61,250 nucleotides of DNA from an uncultured Muribaculaceae bacterium. GTDB lineage: Bacteria; Bacillota_I; Bacilli_A; RF39; UBA660. Numbering within the stretch: position 1 is the first letter of the stretch; each line of letters starts with the position of its first letter. A program made the position numbers and the translations under genes. Below are positions 20,001 through 27,041 of the stretch, one piece after another. The stretch is taken from assembly GCA_964481005.1 (NCBI GenBank), contig CAYZRY010000003.1, positions 1 to 61,250 on the forward strand. Reading direction: 5' to 3'. Below the pieces are notes generated by a model, which did no database searches, was not told the origin of the DNA, and saw only the letters and a program-made list of their open reading frames with translations.

Positions 20001-21322
20001 GGTGTCCATAAACTATTGTAATTAGTTCCATTGTGAACACTAGTCAAAGTAAATGGTCTTGATCCTGACCAAGTTCCTGTCGTATTAGAATTAGCAACAA
20101 TAATATTGTTATCTCTTGTTACAAAGTAATAGTATGTACCATTTTGATCAATGATACTTGGATTACCAGCGCTATCATTGTATGGAATTAGTTCATATAA
20201 AGAGCATCCTCCCCAAGATGAACAAGTTCCTGTCTGCATATTACCCGATCCATCATAGAAACCATCGATTGAATTACCTTGCGAAACATTTGTAAGTTTA
20301 AAATATCCAGCCATATTGTATGTTTCATTAAATTCATTGACGAATTCACTGACTAGTGGTCCAAGTGGAATAGTACTATTGTTTATTCTACTCATACTTC
20401 CATTAGTATATTCATAATAAACATTACTATTATCAAAGCCTTGACCATCTAAAAGTTCATAGTAAGTACAACGTCCACTATAACAAGTACAGTTTGTTTG
20501 ATAAACACCATAAGAATTGTATAATCCTGAACAACTCTGCCAACGATAGACAATTGTCTCTAAATAATACCCTGTCATATCATAAGGCAAATTATAAGTA
20601 CGATGAACATCTATTTGACGCATACCTTTGTCATAAATATTATTAAAAGCCGTCGTCCAGCTGTTGTTTAAGTTAGTAACTGCTCCCCTTACCCAAGATG
20701 CATTGAACTGAGCTGTTACAAGTGAAGGATTCCCATTACTATAGGTAACTGGTATTTTAGCATATCTAGTGTAATAGTTGTTATCATAGGAAAAACTGAT
20801 ATCATTTCTCGTTGTATACCAACCATTAAAACCTCTATCGGTCGGACGATCAGTAAAGGGATTTTCAATCAGTTCAATTAAAATATAATCATCACTTAAA
20901 TCAGCAGCTGTACCATTATTATTTACTGGATAAGTCTTATTGTATAAATATGTATCTTGTCTATCAGTAAGTGAAACAAAAGCATTTAAACCGTTAGCTA
21001 AATCTTGACCTTTATATGTAATATTAGCTTCGACTAAACGATTATTTGGGTATATCCCTCTGTTATCACCACTAGGTAATTCGGTGCTTGTACTTTCAGT
21101 ATAATTTAGTCCTTTATAGTAATAATAATCGGCAACTTTATCATCTAATCTGACAACGTTATCATATATTCCACTTTGACTATCTTCATATATATTAATA
21201 TGTGGCGGAGTTAGTTCACCTCTTGTCAAAATAGCTTTGACAATGATAAATAAAACAATCAAAAAGAAGCTTAATAATAAACCAATATTAATGTATTCTT
21301 TTTTAAGCAATCTCTTTTTCAT
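14027..21322 (-). CDS. Giant (~2430 aa) N-terminally anchored surface protein / adhesin with Gly-rich (V/I)(Y/F)GG solenoid repeats
   Basis: Start moved to MKKRLLKK (AGGAAA RBS); N-terminal TM; dozens of ~25-aa xxYGG[GSN] repeats; Asn/Thr/Ser/Gly-rich; no LPXTG motif or C-terminal TM. Confidence 0.85.
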   Translation of the reverse strand: MKKRLLKKEYINIGLLLSFFLIVLFIIVKAILTRGELTPPHINIYEDSQSGIYDNVVRLDDKVADYYYYKGLNYTESTSTELPSGDNRGIYPNNRLVEANITYKGQDLANGLNAFVSLTDRQDTYLYNKTYPVNNNGTAADLSDDYILIELIENPFTDRPTDRGFNGWYTTRNDISFSYDNNYYTRYAKIPVTYSNGNPSLVTAQFNASWVRGAVTNLNNSWTTAFNNIYDKGMRQIDVHRTYNLPYDMTGYYLETIVYRWQSCSGLYNSYGVYQTNCTCYSGRCTYYELLDGQGFDNSNVYYEYTNGSMSRINNSTIPLGPLVSEFVNEFNETYNMAGYFKLTNVSQGNSIDGFYDGSGNMQTGTCSSWGGCSLYELIPYNDSAGNPSIIDQNGTYYYFVTRDNNIIVANSNTTGTWSGSRPFTLTSVHNGTNYNSLWTPGRAVRAYNDTNIENIQIRGNASRNVNTPSANQTTNGTFYGAWNNVRIGRGITTYGTTTNFTSVIGGYNNSTGSSSNVTKYRLIIESGRYSSFAIVNGGTSSTYYDYVESRAIYGNDYDRSTKNNSNLEMYYCASGSWGGRVYASSQSAKIFDLTVKSGDFGTSQYDYTTGIYVGGRSYGNHYALRAVKVEGGNIYNLLGGPLSDSSMTDLNDTHMAVLGGTINVIIGGAGTSPTYGNRIIQVTGGTISYSIFGGSNGYQGAASDGTVNGSSLIYVGGTAEIGTATNVANGSSIYGAEAGSVFGIGNGRTGQSSIGSSSNSNIIVKDRATVNNNIYGGGNFGATGISSGKPTTTTNIIIDGGVIRGSVFGGGNNNGSGNASVKSTINITMTSGEIQGSLYGGSNALGTVFGDVNMSVLGGTFLDSIYGGGLGGYTSSSSAGTYIRDKITMQIGSAETTPIVTNNIYGGSAYGSVNTANESQTYSTNGITMTIDNLQITGSVFGGSKGSATYYPKVNGDILINVNGGSIPSLFGGNDMSGVHMGTSTINLRGGVVNNVYGGGNQVSGNSSFINLEGATTDNIYGGSNQSGTMASSTITLKSGTNTNVYGGNNVGGKTLNANVYVEGGTLTNVYGGGKLADTEKTTVEVRSGTVPNVYGGGESASIDQSSNVTLTGGTVTNLFGGSNQSGTVPIANITINGGTATTVYGGNNAGGKTQSSIINANLGNVTTIYGGGKLADTGTSTINLKGTTVQDVYGGGEQASIDTSSNVNVTAGTITRVFGGSNVNGTVPVSNISVTGGTINTIYGGNNMGGTTTTTNINVASAEVGQIFGGGNQANTSQSNITVTSNLGQIEYIYGGGNVASVTTSTLNLNGGNIKYVYGGSNQSGEVTTSNVNVASPAIIVDLFGGNNAGGITNTSNITTTGGTINNIYGGGNQALTGTTVLKITGTTVNEEIYGGGKDGALSQNASTTITNSNITKSVYSGGKGATATVHGTTTMNIEGTTNIGDHVFGGGNAAETGSSEQNNSSSIVNIAGATIGKNVYGGANTSVVYGTTEVNIGNIASLQNAKITIGGTVFGGGEANASGSETYDFSFISVTKGIDINIDNTTTNDISIGGSIFGSGNASSTTGVSRIFINNYGTASSHKRNTSIQRANLVVLDNSYLELFGATDRTNEYSNVLFSLSRIKELKLSNNSTIYLETGTNLVEKFTSVVDTTNNVKAAVTIDNGTVSKNVNNRLYAKEGVNINIATNEAVTSYGVVSGMTFFGMYMRSGDGNTVEAFYNRSYNQGDTVAPGEFYAFSSGSYVLGSHVLNHDITVDGFYSNYQNEESEGIVEVKYIEPTPEASNYYMWVIGEAVSSYDVNLIASRFSTLGTYELPLINSPDPNTVFSVIGVNYAGLPGGFQLIDRNDIPRISADGTADSVMGLTMKSSRTGWITFGETQFLTSQPLPQGTLDYQSENSTTVPSLLFNLYHSKNLETAGNIGTVVVHLMAIKPIDDLNNEVTRVNININLSRALYSSNEYEGAMTSGEVHEVFVSTKTDITDNSKLSTYYSLFIDNTDNIYKTGYHRNLVSSFALPENTKITMMDFTTATPTYYYYVVNAADYAASLTEFAQHNEASYPLSRFIKMGSTSTNNNYDDVYQNSVYYKSDLRIVSEEFVFIVDYGESEITENKLDQTLLIELRNNENQTIIGVLGIHYSNLTYNIYDEADALIEITAALSKNNIYIKEATNLNVTTNFIQPTVNGVTIHDTTYYDKKLGIKLTMYDSNNNQLNGASLLGVTFTVGGITYYPRMDGTTRINIAPTIANVSSKIVLDTLNSNLQSGTYKIKVESFGSADGIYYGLLSSDTKEVTLNILNNIYGLKSTLTDRQMTIDSTTGKTMNDSNVMIFNIDYASGLASPNLRLSLKRRMYDQVHSLNYQAVDISNYITHSYAPIGTAGKYEYLLSNTLFDKQTYYLYLKENLVTGTYRVTFSLYDGSNFIGEVYNYIVIR
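17200..18420 (-). repeat. Four-unit (~99 aa, 297 nt) super-repeat inside the giant protein
   Basis: Units cycle GGGK/N-GGGE/N-GGSN-GGNN. The DNA 21-mer AGTATCGGCAAGTTTTCCTCC occurs at 17786 and 18083, 297 nt apart. Boundaries approximate. Confidence 0.75.
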
Positions 21323-21332
21323 TATTTCCTTT

Positions 21333-22298
21333 CTACTGGGCGACAAATTGTAAGCTGATACTCAAATCTCCGAATGAGGCATTGTCTTCACAATCGACAT
21401 CTTGGCCCTCTAACCAGACATAGACTCTTATTTTAGTTATGCCGGCAGCTATATCTAGTAAGTTTTGGTAAGTGTTGTTCTGCTTGGTCGTCATTATTTG
21501 TGGTCTAACTTCTCGCAGGTATGCTGGGAAAGCATTGCCATTAGCAAGACCGACATCCATTAATAAATCACGAGGTATATCTGCTCTTATTCCGTGATAC
21601 GGAAGTCTAGCAGCTCCATTTGTCTGCGTTGTTAATCCGTATGTTTGCTGAGCATGTAATACGGCACTAGGAACATGGCTATCATAGTTAACTTCCCAAA
21701 TTAATGAGCTCGTTCCGCGGTTTAATCGCTGAGCTTCAAGGGCAGTTGCATCAATTGCCGCCGTCCCTTGATTGATAAAACCAAGTCTAAAAGCATTTTC
21801 AATACCACTTGGATCTAGACCATCTTTGTAACTGACACCAGAGCCTGGTCCAATTGTAATTAGTCTTGGACTTTGAGATCTTAAAAAAATATCAAAAGCG
21901 ACAAAGACTCCATCAGAGTCTTCCATGAGAGCAGCTGTTTCAATACTTCTTGAAGCATGTAAAAAATACTCTTCGCCCATCTCTACTTCACCGTAAAACA
22001 TCTTCATTTTTCCCGCTTCGACGTCACCTACTGTCGAAACTGGTTTGACGTTATTTGGGACCTGATTAACATTTCCTGGATAAGTTCTAACCGCTTCGAT
22101 CATATCGAGCATTCCGACAACTCCCTTCCAGTTTGTAGCATCGAGGGAAACCTCTATTCCACCTTTTGAAGCAACTTGAATATCAAAGGACTCAATCTCA
22201 AAAATACGATTGGTTGAAAACCAAGCGTAAGTTGTCATCGATAATAGTAGCCCTGTCAGAAAGAGCAGAAGCAACAATAAACTTCGGCGCTTCTTCAT
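21333..22298 (-). CDS. SipW-class signal-peptide protein; paralog of 8971..9963
   Basis: KKRR + TM + TTYA|WFSTN. Shared blocks with 8971..9963: GGIxxSxDxTNWK, VNQxP, PVST, FVAFDxFxR, WExNYDxH, TYGL, GIxKIRxYxWxEGQDVDCExxASxG. Confidence 0.82.
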   Translation of the reverse strand: MKKRRSLLLLLLFLTGLLLSMTTYAWFSTNRIFEIESFDIQVASKGGIEVSLDATNWKGVVGMLDMIEAVRTYPGNVNQVPNNVKPVSTVGDVEAGKMKMFYGEVEMGEEYFLHASRSIETAALMEDSDGVFVAFDIFLRSQSPRLITIGPGSGVSYKDGLDPSGIENAFRLGFINQGTAAIDATALEAQRLNRGTSSLIWEVNYDSHVPSAVLHAQQTYGLTTQTNGAARLPYHGIRADIPRDLLMDVGLANGNAFPAYLREVRPQIMTTKQNNTYQNLLDIAAGITKIRVYVWLEGQDVDCEDNASFGDLSISLQFVAQ

Positions 22299-23008
22299 TA
22301 ACTTTTCTCCTCTTCAGTGTGACTTTCGATAATTCTAAGTTTGACTTTTAACTCTCCACCAATCAAATTATCTAAACAATCTGGATCATCCCCTTCGATC
22401 CACATAACGATTGTATACTTGTCCATCTCATCTACTTTAATAGCTTTACGCTGCTCTAAAACAGCTATTTTATCATTGTAAAAAGCTTTCGTTCCAGGTT
22501 CTTCTTTTTTAGTAAGTTCATTCATCTTAGCATAGATTGTATCTTCATCATTTCTAAAGATTCTAATGCGCACAGCCTGGTCGACATTCTTGATGACATC
22601 GACAATACTTAACTCGTACCAGTAATCTAAATTCTTGTTTCCAGTATTTTCAATAAAGAAAGTATAGGCTATGTAGTTTTCTCCGTTATGCGATCCTCCG
22701 GCTGATTCCGTCAAGTTAGCTGGCAACCATTTAATCGATATATTGTCCATAAAATCGATACCCTTGGCATACAATTTAATCTTACTATCTTTGAGCTCAG
22801 CATTTTCATACATCTTTAAACCACTTTTTAATGAAAACTGTGGATCCAAAGTAATGATGAAATCTCCCCCTTGATAGACTAAAGCAAGGATTGTGAAAAA
22901 GAAGATTACCACAAGCAATAAGACAATTATAACGCGGTTGATAATCTTGATACCTGTATCTCTTTTTTTAAGTTTTTCTGCTGTTACTTGTACGTAAGCT
23001 CTACTCAT
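22298..23008 (-). CDS. Membrane-anchored protein of the same family (WIEGDDPDC); first gene of the left arm
   Basis: Long N-terminal TM without a TxA|WF motif; YIAYTFFIEN, VDQAVRIRIF, MWIEGDDPDCLDNLIGG. Confidence 0.78.
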   Translation of the reverse strand: MSRAYVQVTAEKLKKRDTGIKIINRVIIVLLLVVIFFFTILALVYQGGDFIITLDPQFSLKSGLKMYENAELKDSKIKLYAKGIDFMDNISIKWLPANLTESAGGSHNGENYIAYTFFIENTGNKNLDYWYELSIVDVIKNVDQAVRIRIFRNDEDTIYAKMNELTKKEEPGTKAFYNDKIAVLEQRKAIKVDEMDKYTIVMWIEGDDPDCLDNLIGGELKVKLRIIESHTEEEKS

Positions 23009-23057
23009 ACATTATCCTACTTTCTACTCTATTTAAGATTATCATATTCTCTTGATT

Positions 23058-23078
23058 ATTTCAATTTTAAATTGAAAT
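23058..23078. promoter_or_regulatory. Palindromic candidate operator in the divergent promoter region
   Basis: ATTTCAATTT-T-AAATTGAAAT between divergent genes; TGATATACT extended -10 on the + strand at about 23102-23110. Confidence 0.45.
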
Positions 23079-23125
23079 TTATTGTTCTAAATTAGCCTTT
23101 ATGATATACTTTTTATGGTGAGAAT

Positions 23126-23641
23126 ATGAAAAATAGGATAAGTAAAATTTTAGTTCTAATATATCTTTTTATTGTGGCTCTTTTATCAATCTATCTTTTT
23201 ATGTATGATTCAAGGTCTTTAAACAGTAGTCGCAAACTCCTTGTCTTTGCTGCAGACAAGTTAGATAGCTTCAGTAATGGGTCACTTGTTTTTGTTAAAA
23301 AGAATCCTAAAATAAAACTTGATGAAGATGTTTTATTCTACAACTTTTATACTAATAAGATTAAAGTTCTCGAAGGAAGAGTTGTCGCTAGTGAAAAGTT
23401 AAACGAAAACGAAACTACTTATGAACTTAAAAATGGAAGATATGTTTCTGATGATTATGTCATAGCGATGAGTAATAAAGCTACAGCTATACCGCTCATC
23501 GGTTACCCGTTTTCGCTTTTAACTACTTCGGCTGGTTACTTAATCTTTGCCTTACTGCCAACCGCAGGTTTATTTATCTATCAACTTAACAATTTCCTAA
23601 GAATTATCAACGAGGATGACAAACGTGCTAAAAAAGATTAG
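23126..23641 (+). CDS. SipW-like pseudo-peptidase (catalytic Ser/His absent)
   Basis: N-terminal TM, NGSLVFVK, DDYVIA, IPLIGYPFSLL + C-terminal TM (SipW layout); no SM or THR motif. Confidence 0.65.
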   Translation: MKNRISKILVLIYLFIVALLSIYLFMYDSRSLNSSRKLLVFAADKLDSFSNGSLVFVKKNPKIKLDEDVLFYNFYTNKIKVLEGRVVASEKLNENETTYELKNGRYVSDDYVIAMSNKATAIPLIGYPFSLLTTSAGYLIFALLPTAGLFIYQLNNFLRIINEDDKRAKKD

Positions 23642-24533
23642 AAATAATAAAATTTTATTACTAATCATTTTAGTTCTTTTACTTGTTGCAACTACTAGTT
23701 TGGGGCGTTTTATCTATCTAGAAATTAAGAAAAACTTTTTCTTAACCAAAGACTTTTACTTTGAAAGTGATAAATTACGTGAAAAACAGTTTCTTTATAA
23801 AGTAAATAACTACAACGGAGTCGATAATTATGATATAGTTGTTAATATGAACAGTATAAAGAATAATATGCTTCGTTCTAGTTCGGACATTGCTTATAAC
23901 ATCACAACTAACTGTTCAGCCAAAGCTAACTGTAGTCTAAGTAAAAACAGTGGAACAATCTATGCGGCCAGTGGAACTGATTACTTCCTAGTATCGCTAA
24001 GCCCTAGTACAAACCTTGTCGAAGGTGATGAAATACACGTCGAAGTAATTGCTACATCAACTGATCCATACATCAAAACACTTAGTGCCACCTTCATGTT
24101 AGTCGTTGGTAACTACGGTCTTTCCTATGAGATATACGATGTCGTAAATAGACCATATCTCGAATTTAAAATGACTAATACCCTAGATTACTACACCGTC
24201 AAAGAAGCTTTTGATACAAGATCTGTCGGTGATAAAATCGACATTGACACATATCTTGCGCTCAGTCCTGAAAACAAAAACAAATGTGCATCAGCAATCG
24301 TCAATTTAAGTTTTGATCCAAACATCATATTGTTTGATAACGCCAGTCTAGTCAAAGGATTAATAAACACCACCACTATTCCACTCAATGGTTTTAACTA
24401 CATCAACAACGTAACCTTCAAAATAGATGCCATATCGAGTATGATAGTTAGATTTTATAAAAAAGATAAATCATTAAATTATACCTATCCAATCGTCAAT
24501 CAAAATCCAATTTTAACTGTCACATATCAATAA
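23616..24533 (+). CDS. SipW-class signal-peptide protein (two beta-rich domains likely)
   Basis: KKIR + TM + TSLG|RFIY, FYFESD; Cys pair (NCSAKANCS); ends LTVTYQ. Confidence 0.7.
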   Translation: MTNVLKKIRNNKILLLIILVLLLVATTSLGRFIYLEIKKNFFLTKDFYFESDKLREKQFLYKVNNYNGVDNYDIVVNMNSIKNNMLRSSSDIAYNITTNCSAKANCSLSKNSGTIYAASGTDYFLVSLSPSTNLVEGDEIHVEVIATSTDPYIKTLSATFMLVVGNYGLSYEIYDVVNRPYLEFKMTNTLDYYTVKEAFDTRSVGDKIDIDTYLALSPENKNKCASAIVNLSFDPNIILFDNASLVKGLINTTTIPLNGFNYINNVTFKIDAISSMIVRFYKKDKSLNYTYPIVNQNPILTVTYQ

Positions 24534-24547
24534 AAAGGGAGGCAATC

Positions 24548-25504
24548 ATGAATAATATTATCAGTGAATATATAAACTTTTCAAAACAGTGTATAAATCG
24601 TTATTTCAAAAAAATCTTAGCTAATCAATATCAACAAGAAATAGTTAACAAATTAGTTAATAATTACATTGATTCTAGATATTATTCAAGTAGTGATAAT
24701 TTATCTTTACTGATTAGAAATAATTTAAATAAAGCTAGTAGTGAGTTTACTGGAGCCGATAAAGAGTTAGCTGACAATGTCGTTAAGACATTTAACTTCA
24801 TTCTCTATTTTGATAATGTCATCGAATGTGAATCGACAGTCAAAGTAATCGAAGCTCTAGCTAATTTTCGTGAAAATGTTTTAAAGATAGCTAAAGAATC
24901 TTCTTTTGAAGAAGAATTTTTAGAAATGCTTAAAACAGATTTAATTAAGAAGAAAGAATACATCGATTCATTCGATGCTAAAAAATTTGATTTTGAATGT
25001 AGTTTGACTACTCATGATCGCCTATACGATGTAACAGTCAATCAGAATTTGAAGTTCCCTAATGTCTACAACTCAGCAGTTATCGACAAGGTCTTCAAGT
25101 CAAAAGATTTAGCTGACAAAAGAACGGTCCTCGAGTACAATTTTACATCACTACAAGTTTTAAAAGACTTGATCAAGGGTGTCACTTACGAATACTTAGT
25201 TACCTACCCTAGTGGTATTAGTACCAAAGAGGGAGAATTAGAAAAGTTATTTGCTATTTTAGATAATGAAGTTCTCATTGAAAGAGTTAGCATTAAAATA
25301 AATTTTGATGACTTTATTAATGAAAAAGAAGTGATTTATGAATACATGCGCAAGGGTTATAAATTTGCTGTCATACTAAAGAATAACTTTGTCGAAGATG
25401 AAACTAACACTAGACTTCTAACTGTCTTTAAATATATTATTATCAACCGTCGAAACAGTTTTATTGAAGTTAATAATTATAAAAACACCATCAAGGTAGA
25501 ATAG
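24548..25504 (+). CDS. Hypothetical cytoplasmic protein with a degenerate EAL-like C-terminal region
   Basis: GGGAGG RBS; ERVSIKINFDDF...EYMRKGYKFAVIL...LLTVFKYIII echoes the EAL-domain strand/helix order. Confidence 0.55.
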   Translation: MNNIISEYINFSKQCINRYFKKILANQYQQEIVNKLVNNYIDSRYYSSSDNLSLLIRNNLNKASSEFTGADKELADNVVKTFNFILYFDNVIECESTVKVIEALANFRENVLKIAKESSFEEEFLEMLKTDLIKKKEYIDSFDAKKFDFECSLTTHDRLYDVTVNQNLKFPNVYNSAVIDKVFKSKDLADKRTVLEYNFTSLQVLKDLIKGVTYEYLVTYPSGISTKEGELEKLFAILDNEVLIERVSIKINFDDFINEKEVIYEYMRKGYKFAVILKNNFVEDETNTRLLTVFKYIIINRRNSFIEVNNYKNTIKVE

Positions 25505-25510
25505 AGGCTT

Positions 25511-27034
25511 ATGGAAACATTTTTTAGATTTTCTTATCAGATACTCAGTGTCTTCTTAGCAGGACTAATTCACGTCGTCAAAGCTATTTTCGAAGCTTTT
25601 CCGATGAGTTTTAATCTCTCTGATTACATTGCTATTATCAATCAGTACAGCAAAGACTTTTCCGGTTTGGAATGGGTCTTTGTCGTTTTAGTCATCCTTG
25701 TTATGATTGCCATAGTCGTCGGAGTATTCGCCTTAATTTACCTACTGTTTAGAAAGTATGTCCGCATTCGAAAGAGTCTCGTTGAACAAGAGAGCCTGCT
25801 TGAAGAAGTAGCGGATCTAAATAAAAAGGTCCTCACTCTTTCAAAAGAAAAAGATGAGATCCTTGCGATGAAAGTTTCACAGCTTGGACTAAAACCTGGT
25901 GAATCAGCAACTATCGATCCAGAAGAAAATAAAGATGAAAACTTAGTTGCCGGTGATATCCGCTTTTCTAAACTTCATCAGATTGATATAGATCACACTA
26001 ACTACAAACCAGTTAACTACGGAAACAGTTTTACTTTACCAGAACTAGTCGATATGTTTAGAAACTTTGCCGCTGGTAAACTTGGACTATATTACAAGGA
26101 AGACTTAATTAGATTGTTTATCTCTGGTCTTGCATCAACTAAACTTATTATCTTACAGGGTATTTCTGGAACTGGTAAAACTTCCCTAGCCTATGCTTGG
26201 GGAAAATTCTTAAAGAACGATTCCTGTGTTGCTTCAGTTCAACCGTCATGGAGAGATCGTACCGAGCTATTTGGTTACTTCAATGAGTTTACTAAAAAGT
26301 TTAATGAAACTGATGTCTTACGTGAAATCTACCTAGCTGGATATGATGACGATATCCACACCATCATCCTCGATGAGATGAACATCGCCCGTGTCGAGTA
26401 CTACTTCGCCGAGATGTTATCGATTCTGGAGATGCCTGATAAAAATGAATGGATTGTCGAGCTAGTATCTAGTGCTTGGGATAGTGATCCAAAGAAAATT
26501 CAACGTGGAAAACTTAAGATTGCTCCGAATGCTTGGTATATCGGAACTATCAATAACGATGACTCGACCTTCATGGTTACCGATAAAGTATACGACCGTG
26601 CTATGCCTATCGATATCAATGAAAAAGGTCAACTATTTACACCGAAAGATATACCTGCCCAAGATATAAACTATTCTTATCTCGATAAATTATTTGTCGA
26701 AGCTATGCAAACATACAGTATCTCAAAAGAGAACTTAGATAAAATTGAAGCGATGGACGATTATGTTATTCAGCATTTCCGTATCGCCTTCGGTAACCGT
26801 ATCGTTAGCCACATGCAAAAATTTGTACCGGTCTACATGGCCAGTGGTGGTAATGAAATTGATGCTATCGATTACTTCGTTGCCAGAAAGATTTTAAGAA
26901 AATTTGAACAGTTAAATATCTCGTACATCAGAGATGAAGTTGATGGATATATCGACTTCTTAAATGCTACTTTTGGACAAGATAAAATGAAAGAGTGTAT
27001 CGAATACTTAGTTAGACTCAAGAAGAGCATATAG
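25511..27034 (+). CDS. Membrane-anchored McrB-family AAA+ NTPase (N-terminal TM + coiled coil)
   Basis: TM WVFVVLVILVMIAIVVGVFALIYLLF; coiled coil; Walker A GISGTGKT; VQPSWRDRTELFGYFN; Walker B IILDEMNIARVEYYFAE; McrB signature GTINNDDST; DKVYDRA. Confidence 0.88.
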   Translation: METFFRFSYQILSVFLAGLIHVVKAIFEAFPMSFNLSDYIAIINQYSKDFSGLEWVFVVLVILVMIAIVVGVFALIYLLFRKYVRIRKSLVEQESLLEEVADLNKKVLTLSKEKDEILAMKVSQLGLKPGESATIDPEENKDENLVAGDIRFSKLHQIDIDHTNYKPVNYGNSFTLPELVDMFRNFAAGKLGLYYKEDLIRLFISGLASTKLIILQGISGTGKTSLAYAWGKFLKNDSCVASVQPSWRDRTELFGYFNEFTKKFNETDVLREIYLAGYDDDIHTIILDEMNIARVEYYFAEMLSILEMPDKNEWIVELVSSAWDSDPKKIQRGKLKIAPNAWYIGTINNDDSTFMVTDKVYDRAMPIDINEKGQLFTPKDIPAQDINYSYLDKLFVEAMQTYSISKENLDKIEAMDDYVIQHFRIAFGNRIVSHMQKFVPVYMASGGNEIDAIDYFVARKILRKFEQLNISYIRDEVDGYIDFLNATFGQDKMKECIEYLVRLKKSI

Positions 27035-27041
27035 GTGACTT

